A DNA stretch of 64,000 nucleotides from Antedon mediterranea (taxonomy: Eukaryota > Animalia > Echinodermata). Made by a program: the position numbers and the translations under genes. The stretch covers positions 7,869,812 through 7,933,811 of the forward strand of contig NC_092675.1 of the NCBI RefSeq assembly GCF_964355755.1, written 5' to 3'. Below are positions 1 to 11,029 of this stretch, piece by piece (positions within the stretch are counted from its first letter, which is position 1; each line of letters begins with the position of its first letter). The notes under the pieces were generated by a model, which worked only from the letters and a program-made list of their open reading frames with translations, had not been told where the DNA came from and did not search any database.

Positions 1-171
1 ATCTCATTCAAATTATCGGATAAATGGGATAATTTTTAACCCTTTTAACTGATGGACAAAGCATTGTGATTGGGCACCTGGTTGTTTGGTGATTAATGAT
101 CATGTACACTTTAGTGGTTAAAAAATTAATCGATAATTATATTGTGGCTTCGGAAACTCTCTAAGCATTAC

Positions 172-3100
172 CTTGTTCTTCTTCATCTTTTTTCTTTTCC
201 TCTTTGTCGTCTGTTTTTTGTTTCTTGTTCTTTGAGGCGCCAAATATTCTTTCTTTTGCATGCTATAGAAATATAATAAAACTTTTCAACAACAACAAAA
301 AATGTGTTCATGATGCCAAACACTATTAAGGGTTTATTTAATCAATTAATGATATGTAATAATGATATCTTATTAGAGAGCCTTTATATTTGGTAAACAG
401 AGGTGGACATTTTAACATGGGGTACCTAAATATACTGTTGTAATAAATATTCATTCATGTAATTGTATATCTCAAATACAGTTAGTACTTGATGAGTTTA
501 TCAAGGCTCTTTCTACCAATGATGATATTTTTGGCAAACAGACGTGGACATTTTAACATGGGGTACCTAAATATACTGTTGTAATATATTTTGTACTGTA
601 TATCTCAAATACAGTGTTATGGTAAAATTCTTTACCATATTGTTTGTTGTCATGACTAAAAATAAAATGTTTTGATTTAATTTACCATAAACATTGTGTT
701 TGCTGCATCTAAATAAAGCCAACCAGAGTTCTGTCCAAACTTTAGCTCACTTGATCTATAACAAAAATACAGTAACTCCAAACAATTACAGTATTAATAT
801 TTTCCCAATTGTAGACAATTTACAGATTATAAAAGCATTGTTAAGTTTACAACTATTAGAGTTGTACATGGCACATCACTTGCTTTGTCTCAAAACTACT
901 CAGACTTGGTATAGTCTATACTACAGATATACCCTTTCACACCAAAACTCCGGAGTGATCTCCGTAGACACCCTGGGGTTTATGACCATTAAAAACTCCG
1001 GAGATACCTCTTTCATACCAACCTAGCAACACCATGGTTTATAAAATAAAATTGTAAATGTCGCCCTATATTTTGTTTGTTTATATAGCGACCATCATTA
1101 GAATAATTAATTAATTAATTTAATAATTATTTTCAAAAGCCTCAGAAGTCATAATGTTTTATTGATACTACTTATTATTTTATAGACCCGCTATATATTT
1201 TGTACAAATAAGTAATTTTAAAATAAAACTAAAGCAATAAGTGATCGTGTGAGGATGACCTGTTGACCTCAAAACTCCTTTTACACCTAAACACCGGTGT
1301 GTCCCCGCAATTCACCCTCCGGAGAACATTCAGCTGTTGAACCCCGCTGTTTTGAACTCCGGAGTTGTTTGATTTTACCTTTCACACCAAAACACCGAGG
1401 CGTCAACTCCGGAGGGTCGCCGGAGTTTTGCTTTTGGTGTGAAATGGTATTAGATAGCAACCCCTTTACACACACAGCAAACAATAATATGGATACAGTT
1501 TTAATATTTCAAATGACAGGATCTAAATTGTTATTGTTACCTGAATGTGTTTAAATAATTATAGAATGTGATGCAATCATACTGAACAAGATACTGTAGA
1601 AGTAGACAAAGAAGCTTTAAATCAGCCACCAACTGCCTTGTTTTACCCGTCTAAAAAATAATAAGGTAAAATTCACTGTATCAATAATAATCTGCTCAAT
1701 TCTTGGATCTTAATCCTGTGGTTGCATTCACTAAAGCTTGGTTCCCACTAGAACGTAACGCAAGGACGTAAACGCAACGCAAGCGTTTTAACCAATGACA
1801 AGCGAAGTTATAGACAGTTAGCAATCACAAGCGAATAAGCCATCGCTTGTGATTGGTCAATTCGCTTGCGTTGCGTTTACGTCCTTGCGTTACCTTCTAG
1901 TGGGAACCAAGCTTTATCAAAATATCTCCCTTCCTGTGGTCGTATTCACCAATCGAAATAATCTCCCTTAAACAGAGATGTTTACTGTAATATCTCTATG
2001 CTTATACACTATTTCAATTAAGTCAATACATATTTAAATAGTTTTTGTAGTTAGTGTATTCTCTACTTACCAGCTGATGCCAAACTGGATCCAGTTGGTG
2101 CTTGATGAGTTTATCAAGGCTTTTTCTACCAATGATATTCTGAACACAAAGGGCATCTGCATCCAGCTAAAAAGTAACAAAGATCCTCCTTAATAACACA
2201 CAATAAGTTCAGAAGAAAGCCATAAATAGTCTTTTAAAATTTCAAAATATACCATAAAAAAAGAACTTTCAAATTGGCCTAACATGACATTTTAAAATTT
2301 GTAATTATTACGGTAATTAGTATATGGACCATCACAATTCCTGTGATGTTTTATACTGTATTGAGATCATTGAGAATGACACAATACAAAAACTTCCACT
2401 GTACAGTGTATGAAATAACATACAAATAATTAATGTTTATGAGTGTAATGGTACAAATATGAGGTGAATGATGAAAGGTTAGATTTCAACGAGGCAAGTT
2501 GAATACGAGTTGATATTTAACCTTTCATCATTCACCAAATGCAATTATTTGTATTATTACATGAATATAATACATTCATTATTTGTTTTATATAACATCT
2601 AAATAGATTCCTCTAATTTGAATCAAATAAAAGTTAGGCCTAGCCAAGGCCTACATTTGATTCACATTGATTAAAACAGTAACATTTGCTTTTTAATAAT
2701 TATATTAAATATTATTATTTATGGATTTTATAAATGCACCTACACTGTAGTGTTAATTACCCATGTCAACAAACGACCAAACAATCCCAGGTCTAGCAAG
2801 GTTAAAAAGCCTAGGCCTAGCCTGATACTAACTAACCATTTATCATTTACCTCATGCCATTACTTGTGCCATTACACACATAAGCATTCATTATTTGTAT
2901 AATAATTTACCATAGGATTGTATCTTTTAATCTCTTGAAGACAAGCATTAATGATGTCAAGAATTGATGATTGTATGGCTTGCATTCGTGCTGTCATGCT
3001 AAGCTGAAGCTCAACAACATCTGGCTAAAAGCAATAAAAAGAAGAAAGAAATAAGTGGTTATAAGGAATTGTAGCTTGGTGGGTAAATCTTGTCTGACGC

Positions 3101-6100
3101 TTGAAACTTTATTTAAAGCTCTGTCTACACTACTGTATCTAACTAGTTCGATAAAAAAAGTGTGATGTGCCCAAATATGGTAGGGATATTCCAAAATATG
3201 GTAGTGATATGACATCATTGTGTTCATATATGGGCATATCACAAGTTTGATAGTGTAGACTTAATATAATAGAGAATCTTGTGTGGCAATCGTCAGTAAT
3301 GTGAATATAAAACTAAAGTGTCTCAATCTTTTGATTAATAACCTTTAACCTCTTACCTGATTTCTTTCTAAAAACGAGTTAACTGAAGCATGAAATCGAG
3401 GCCAGAGATGAAGTTTGCGGACAAACAAGCTTTTCATCACATGATCAATGTTACAGAAGCCAGATGAAAAGGCTTGTGGTTGGTCAGAGAACGCTTTTAT
3501 AAATCCTGTCTTGTTCTTCTCTCGATACAGCCGTAATATGAAGGATTCTTGATGACTGTTGATAATCCTAAAACCAACGTAGCAGTGTGAATAAGTTAAG
3601 CTGTATCAAAACATTGGTTTGTCTAACTTTTTTTTAAAATTTCATATGTATCAAACAGCGAGTAACTTACCAATTACAGGATGGATAAACTATTTTCAGA
3701 ACCTATTGGTATGAGCCCGCACTGGCTAAAACCAGAGGCCCCGGAGCTTACAGGGGCCCCTGAGCAGGTCCCAGAGGAAAAAAACAGGCATTAAAATATG
3801 CCGAAAAGGGCTAAAAACATCAGAGGCATCGAGCGTGGGAGGGCCACTTAGGGTCCTTAAACTAGGGGCCTCAAGCCTCTGTGTTATGCCACTGACAATT
3901 TTATTATTGATTGTGCTTATAAACAAAGTTTAATTTTAGGAAGTGGAGTTGAAAATGTTGTGAGGAACAACTCTGGCACAAGGTCAGGATTGAGCCCTAG
4001 ATGTAGGGATTGGAAGGCAAGCACATCAACCACCAAGCTACAGCTCTACTACATTATGTAGAGTAAGCATAATATTGTTTTCATTTGTAACTTTACTTAT
4101 GTGCTTTTGAGACAAGAATGCCAGATACTAGATGAGCAGGTATACGGTCAGTTAATAAGTCCACAACAAGAATACGTGAAGTGATAAAGAGAACTCCACC
4201 TTCTAAGTAAACAGCTTGTCTGCAAAATAAACATACCACAAATCAAATTTTTTCTTATTTTCAGTAATGCATATGTATGGAATCGAATGCAAACTCTCAC
4301 AAATTACACAAATGTTTCGCTGAAAAGTTAGGAGTCTTCCATCTGTTTTGGCCTCACAATTGATCGAAAAGTGGGTGAATTTCAGAAGAAAAAAAAATAT
4401 CAATCCGCGCGCAATGCATTTTGGGATTTATAGCGGGCCGCTATAATTATTAGAATCAACTTATTTTTCACATTTTTAACCATTTAAAGACAAAAAAAGT
4501 TATCGCAATAGGACCATATAGTATTATTTTTACATTAAATATAGTTTGTGATCTTAAATATTAGATCTAAAAAACGTAGGGAAGGTGTCTTTAAATATTA
4601 GGAAAGTGATTGAAGATATAATAATTTCAATTTTCATTTTTTCAAAACACAGTTGAACTCTTCTGAAAGCAGACTCAAAAACCAAAATATCCCAAATAAG
4701 AATTTTCTCACAATAAAGGAAATTTATGAAATATCCCATAATACCTTTGTTTCACACTGTACTCATTGTTGATAACCTTTGGTAAAGACTTTACCTCTTT
4801 GCTTATTAATTCTTCAATTAGGTAATTCTGTGAATGAAAAAGAAATCAAAATGGTCAGTCACACATTCAAATGGCACTGTAATTTGCTTGTAAAGCTCTG
4901 TCTACACTATCAAACTTCATGTGAAAAAAAAGTGTTATGTGCCTAAATATGGTAGTGATATAGCATCATCATGTCAATACAGTATATGGGCACATCACAT
5001 TATTTTGTCACATAAAGCTTGATAGTGATAGACAGGGCTTTTATTTATAATTAGGACTACAAACCCAACAAATAATTCAATATGTTTGATGATAATTTTA
5101 ATCGTACAAACATTCAGAATTATTGAAGAACTTATTAATTGATCATGTCAGTATCTGCCCTAACTGCTTTCTTGGGCTTGAGCCTAACCCTAGCCTCTAT
5201 AGTGAAATATCAGTAGTCTAGAAGTAGTGACATCAGGCTAGTTTTCTGGAGGTTGTAGGTTTGATTCCCACCCAAGAATTACTAGTATGGTACTCGCAAA
5301 TTTGTTTAATTAATTACGTCTGAGAAAGGCAAATCTTCTGATTCGGTGGTTTATATAATTAAACTACACAACCCTGAGTTCTGAATAAATAGATAAATAA
5401 GGCAGGCTATTATTTCAAAGTTCAAAACAAAGGGAGATGGCAATTTGATAAAGTGTAGGGTTGAAAGGTTAACCTCTTCATGACTGCTTGTGTTGAGAAC
5501 AAGAACAAGATTTCCAGGGTCACTGTACAATTCTATGAAATGCAGTAACAATCTTTCTATTCCAAGACCCCTAAATGAAAAAAAAAACAGCACTGTAATT
5601 TATTAACAAATAAATACACATCTAATCCATCTAAGGTATTAAATTCATATTTTTTTCTGACCAAAACCTTGTTATGTTTGCAATTAAATTTGGGTTTGAA
5701 AAGAAAACCACACTAAAATAGTTCTGTTGACATTTGCATTGTCAGGAGAACAGGAGTTAGGAGAACAGGAGTTGGGAGAACATGAGAGGATTTGGAGTGC
5801 ACTTCCCATACTGTTGTGGGAATTTTGAATACAGATCACTCCGGCCGCGCTTCACTCCGGCCGCGCTTCAATCCGGCCGCGGTTCATTCCGGCCGCAGCT
5901 ATGGAGCGCCCAATGAGTCTTTTACAACCGAGACACGTTTTTTTGTAGAGAATCAAAATAAACATTTGTAATCATACAGTATATTTTTTCTCTTTCAGGA
6001 TCACAACAACATCGCAAGTGTTTTAAATTAGGTCTAATGCTAAAACAAAATAATTTATGTGTTGTATCCAATTAAATGTAATAGGCTAGTATATTAATTG

Positions 6101-6910
6101 TAATGTGATTAATTAATGTAATTTATTGCAATGTACCCTATATGTCATATTATGTTTATCATATATAAATTAAAATATAAAATCATTGTAAATTGGACTG
6201 TACAAAAATAATATATTAATTCTTGATACAATTCCAGGTAACATTAATTACACGGATATTTGATTATTTGAAATAAATTAATATTGTAAATATTGTTATT
6301 ATTAACTATAACAAACATCAATAATAATTGATCATTTGAAATAAATTATTAACTACAATTAGTAAGTATGGGTACTGGCAAGATAAAGTGTTATAAAAAT
6401 AAGGGTTTTAACAAATTTTTAATGTTAATAAATGTAAAGCTATAAAAATAAATGTACATTAAATAGAAATTAAATAGTGTTATTCAAGCGGGTATTTGAT
6501 TATTATTTTATTATTGAATTTAATTAAGTTAAGTTTAGTTTGAAAGAAAAAGCAGTTCCAACTTCTTTGAATGTTATTGTTAATGAAAAAAGTAAAATTG
6601 TTGCTAATAAATATTCAACTAGTTCCATTTAAATTCACCAAGAATTTGTTATAATACTGAACAGTATAGAAAACGTACAGGAAGTCAAATTGAATAGCGG
6701 CCGGAGTGCATACCATCGCGCTAAACTGATACGGCAGCCGGAGTGAAGCGCGGCCGGAGTGATCGGCTACCGGAATGAATTTTTAATGTGTAGTTCTGAT
6801 GTATCCCTCCACTAAAAAAAAAAACCTGTTTGCATTTACCGTGCTGAAACAATAAGTCCATCCTCATGGAACAGATCTAAAAACATCTGCTTTTCATATT
6901 CCAGCAGCAT
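172..6910 (-). CDS. ERCC4: DNA repair endonuclease XPF (ERCC4), N-terminal helicase-like half; gene continues beyond window start
   Basis: Ten GT-AG exons with consistent phases: 6910-6840, 5570-5474, 4827-4745, 4219-4097, 3567-3357, 3024-2911, 2166-2071, 1650-1541, 755-686, 262-172. Translation [32 protein letters not shown]...[24 protein letters not shown]...[23 protein letters not shown]...[20 protein letters not shown]...QLDPVWHQL...QYDCITF...[11 protein letters not shown] closely follows recalled human XPF motifs. Confidence 0.96.
386..614. repeat. Local ~90-bp intronic duplication flanking a copied ERCC4 exon fragment
   Basis: AAACAGA(G/C)GTGGACATTTTAACATGGGGTACCTAAATATACTGTTGTAATA...ATCTCAAATACAGT occurs at ~386-482 and ~526-614. 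Confidence 0.75.
929..1450. mobile_element. Non-autonomous TIR element (~520 bp)
   Basis: Ends ATACCCTTTCACACCAAAA / TTTTGGTGTGAAATGGTAT are inverted repeats, with repeated subterminal AACTCCGGAG motifs. Confidence 0.7.
1735..1913. mobile_element. MITE family A (TIR AGCTTGGTTCCCACTAG), PIF/Harbinger-like
   Basis: Long TIR AGCTTGGTTCCCACTAGAACGTAACGCAAGGACGTAAACGCAACGCAAGCG and its complement, flanked by TAA/TTA. Other copies at ~13147, 35576, 37402, 38203 and 63454. Confidence 0.85.
2421..2598. repeat. Long palindromic dispersed repeat (family E)
   Basis: GGTGAATGATGAAAGGTT...AACCTTTCATCATTCACC fold-back; a second, cleaner copy lies at 15049-15364. Confidence 0.75.
3117..3260. mobile_element. 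MITE family B (TIR AGCTCTGTCTACACTATCAAAC)
   Basis: AGCTCTGTCTACACTA...TTTGATAGTGTAGAC with internal CCCAAATATGGTAGTGATAT repeats. Confidence 0.75.
4894..5039. mobile_element. MITE family B copy
   Basis: AGCTCTGTCTACACTATCAAAC ... TTGATAGTGATAGACAGGGCT. Confidence 0.8.
5834..6771. mobile_element. Non-autonomous TIR element (~940 bp) with GC-rich 17-bp subterminal repeats
   Basis: Left end has about 4 copies of (CTT)CACTCCGGCCGCG starting GATCACTCCGGCCGCG. Right end has the inverted AAGCGCGGCCGGAGTGATC. The interior is very AT-rich. Confidence 0.75.
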
Positions 6911-8164
6911 TTTATGTCTTGATTCTGTATAAAAAATTGTATTTATTATCTTATCAACCCATCATAAAAGCAATCCTTTATAGTTAGCAATTTTAATTTT
7001 TGCAAAAATAAATCAAGTACTTCACATTTTTAAATTGATTTAAATATTACACTGCACTTTGCAGAAAGTAGAGCTGTTGCATCAAATACTACTACTACTA
7101 GGTCTAGGCCATGTCAGCATGTTCCCTCACATGCGAAGATATGCAATTTGGTTGCTTTTTATAGATTTGTGAAGTCAGGCCTAGGCCTAAGGGCTAGGCC
7201 TAGTAGTATATCTGTGACACACAGTCTGTGTTACCTACTCTAGCTAGTACAGTACTACCAACCTGGCTTTATGAGGCATTATGATCAATAATTCTTTACC
7301 TTGTTTTACTTAATTGATTTTCATATACAGTATACTTGAAGTATCGACTGGTCTTATTGCTATTAAGTACTTCATAAAAAGATATTTTATTACATGAAAA
7401 ATGTTGTACAGTATTTTTGTTTTCTCACATGTTGGTCAACATGCTCGAATAGGTTTCAAACATTTTATGCTTGATTAGTTTGTCACGCTTGGTTGACTTC
7501 CTGTTCTGGCACACGGCGGCATGTTTTTGTTTTTTGTTTGTCTCGGAACAGATTTTGTATTTAAAAGGTGGCAAAAATAAGTATTATGTGCATATAAATG
7601 TAGTAATAGGGTCTAGGATAGTAATTCAATAGAGTTATATTATTAAAAATCGATAAAAACAAATTGTTATTCCACTGACACAACATAGCCTGCCCTAGCT
7701 AGGTAGACTAGCCTAGCCTAGGCTAGGGCTAGCCTAGGCTCCTAGGCCTAGGCCTACTACTACTTTAGTAGTAGTAGGCCCCAGTCTTGACGAATCCTTC
7801 CTATTTACACCATGCATGGATGGACACCCCACTGATGACTTTTCATGTAATTTCGGTCGCACTTCATATCATTGGTCGCAGTATATGAAATGTGCTAAAA
7901 ATAGAATAGACCCTAATAATCCTACTTCTTCGCAAACTTTATATCAACAAATCCTACTTCTTCTACTCCCTACATATAAAGTACCAGTAATTAAAATTGT
8001 ACTCCCTGGCGACTATTATAATGACCTAAAGTCTAGGTAGGCCTACTACTCTGTAAAAAAAAAATTGTGATAAACAGTGATTACAGTTTTATTGGTACGT
8101 AAATATTGATTGATGAGAATGAGATGACATGTTATTTAATAATACAGGTATATAATGTAAAAAA
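6911..8164. promoter_or_regulatory. Putative shared divergent promoter/5'UTR region of ERCC4 and the kelch gene
   Basis: Head-to-head ATGs about 1.25 kb apart. Both ATGs have splice acceptors just upstream, implying non-coding first exons in this interval. ETS-like ACTTCCTGT near 7496 and a dense AGGCCT/CTAG cluster are present. Confidence 0.5.
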
Positions 8165-10998
8165 ATGAGTTCAGCAGTTGCAAGCATTGAATGGCTGGAT
8201 CGATGTCCAATTGGAAACAAGCCTAGTCCAAGGTAAATTCATATGCTGACCATATTGTGCATGTTTCAATAATAACTTGTCATTCATAAACTTTGTCTCA
8301 TAATTGGCTTTGAATTTACATGCATGAGTGCATACATTTAAAAATAAAATGTCTATACATTTTCATAGTGGTAAATTTGTTCAAGAAAACATATTTTGAA
8401 ACCAAGATATTACCTTGAGTAGAGCTTAAACATGAATTAACTGTTAATATTGAAAGAGAAAGACAAAAAACAGTAATAACTAAAAACTAGTAAAACATCT
8501 AAAATGATGTAAAATATGGTAAAACTACTTGGTTTTGATGAATTATTATATCATATTTATCAGTGAATCATTTACACATTTCATATTTTTTATTTATGTA
8601 TTGCAGTGGATTGAGATTTATTCAGCTTTTAATTATAAAATATAAAATTGAAAGAAGAGTTAATTAAGTTAACTTTAATTTTTGTTTAAGTTGTTAAGCA
8701 GCTAGAGTGGATTGAAGTAAAGCAGTGTGGTAGCATCCCAGATTCAAGAGATGGCCATTCTCTAAGGTAACTTAAGAAATAAATTTAAATAAAAAATGAT
8801 AAAGAATAAATAATATAAAGCTTGGTCTACACTATAAAACTAGTTTTACAAAAAAAGTGTGATGTGCCCAAATATGGTGGTGATATTGGAAAAGCAGCAA
8901 CCACTTTTGGAAGATTTCGTGCTTGTGTATGGAACAACCACCATAACCTTACCATCAAATTGATGATACATTGCATTTGTCCTGTTATATTGCTCGGAGT
9001 CCTGGACATGCACCACGTATCGTCATCAGGAGAAAAGACTAAACTATTTTCACTTTCGCTGTCTGCGCTCTATCTTACTGTAGGTGTGCTTGTGTACCAA
9101 TAGTGTTGTGTTGTCAATTATTAAAATAATTTTCTATGGTGAACTGACTCGACCACGTGGACGGATGATCTTTTTTTTTTAATATTCCCACTGGTTCTTC
9201 TACCAGCAGAGTAGTTTATAAATCTAATAATTGCTGATGTTTTTTACTTTTTACTGTATAAAAATAATTTAACAAATCAATGAACCCAACTCATCCGTAG
9301 AAGAGAAGTACTTAGCTTAGTTAAATAATATTTTGGGCCTGAGGTTATCATCTGTCATGACTGGATTGGGACATATATATGCCCAAATATGGTAGTGATA
9401 TGACATCATCATGTCCATATATGGGCACATCACATTTTTTTTTGTCACATAACTTTTTTGATAGTGTTGACAGAGCTTAACAAATAATAAAGAATATTGA
9501 TAATATAATAAAGAATATTAAAAAAGAAAAGAAGAAATGATAGATCTGTATAAGACATAAATCATTTATTTTACATAACTTTAGTATACTTATCGCATAA
9601 AGTGTAATCTAAATATGAATTCATTCATGCACTTACTTTTGCAGTTCTATCGGCAGTGACTTGTACTTGCATGGTGGGAAAAACCACCCAGATGCGAAAA
9701 AATGTCTACCAGGAACCTTTAAATTTGACACAGGTATTGAAAAAAAAGATTTTCTATTCAAGAATTTTCTTGGTTAAATTGTAATGCTAATAAAATGATG
9801 ATATTATTACATAAATCCCCTAGTCTATACACCCAACATAAGCACCCAACACAACCATGATCCTGTCCAATCATAGTTGAAAATATATTATTGGGAAAAC
9901 TTTTATGGAAGACCAGATTTTCAAGTCAGTGGAGAATTACATGTACAGTACTTTCACTATTACTTTCTCTATAGTTTTACTGACCCCCTTTTTTTTTTTT
10001 TTTTCATTTATTTCGTCTCACTTATAACAAAAAAAACAAACAATAGAGAGAGACAGGATTCCCAAAAGCGAACTAAATCAAACCATCAAGTTTTGATTGT
10101 ACCTATTAACAATAAAATATCAATTTTGTCTCGATTTTCTTACTATAGTCAACCAGCACTGGGTCAAATGCGAAAGAAATGGACCTGAACCAATGACCTT
10201 GTGTCATGACACAGCAGTCGCTCGTGGCAACCTGTATGTTATTGGTGGAATAATACACGGTAAAGCTAGTAACAACATTTATCTGTTTCAGCCTTCGTCT
10301 TCAACTTGGACATTGTTGCATACGCATGGTGAAATTCCAACTCCGAGGTATTTCAAAATGTAGTAAATTCATTTAATTTTTTTATTTTCCACACATTGTA
10401 CAAATTAGAACAGATATTTATACTTTAGAAAAGAAAAAAAATACAAAGAGGACAATGTGTGAAAGGAGATAAAAATATGTAATAACTAGAGGGTACTCCG
10501 AGAGTACAAACCTCCGCCTACTGTAAAATTCCCCTACATAAAATGCCCCTGAATATTTTTTTTTTACATTTTTTTTATTAGTTCTAAGTGTAAATATGTT
10601 AACTGCACACTACAAAGTTGTGGATGACAGTGTGGTGTAATGGTTATGTATCCAGCCTCTCACAGTTGAGATCGCTGGTTCAAGTCCCACTGAGGTTTTT
10701 TTTTATTATTTTTTTATTTCTTTTTTTTTAGCTTTTTGTTGACCTTGATCTTTGACCCTGACCCTTCAAAATTTAACCACAATTATATGATGTGTCATTG
10801 ATCATTGTGACTAAGTTTTGTGAGAATCGGATAAAAACTGTGGTCTCTAGGCAGTAAAATAGTTTTTTGTTAGTTGTGACCTTGACCTATGACCTTTTCC
10901 CCTCAAATTCGAACTCGTCCAAGCTTTTGGGGCATAGATCATTGTTGCCAAATTTGGTGAGAATCGGATAAAAACTGTGGCCTCCAGGCTGTTCACAG

Positions 10999-11029
<31 letters not shown>

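Noticed and set aside
1287-1554. ORFs at 1287-1484 and 1297-1554 (also 35635-35826 and 12263-12505)
   Set aside because: They lie in GC-richer MITE sequence and encode no recognisable protein.
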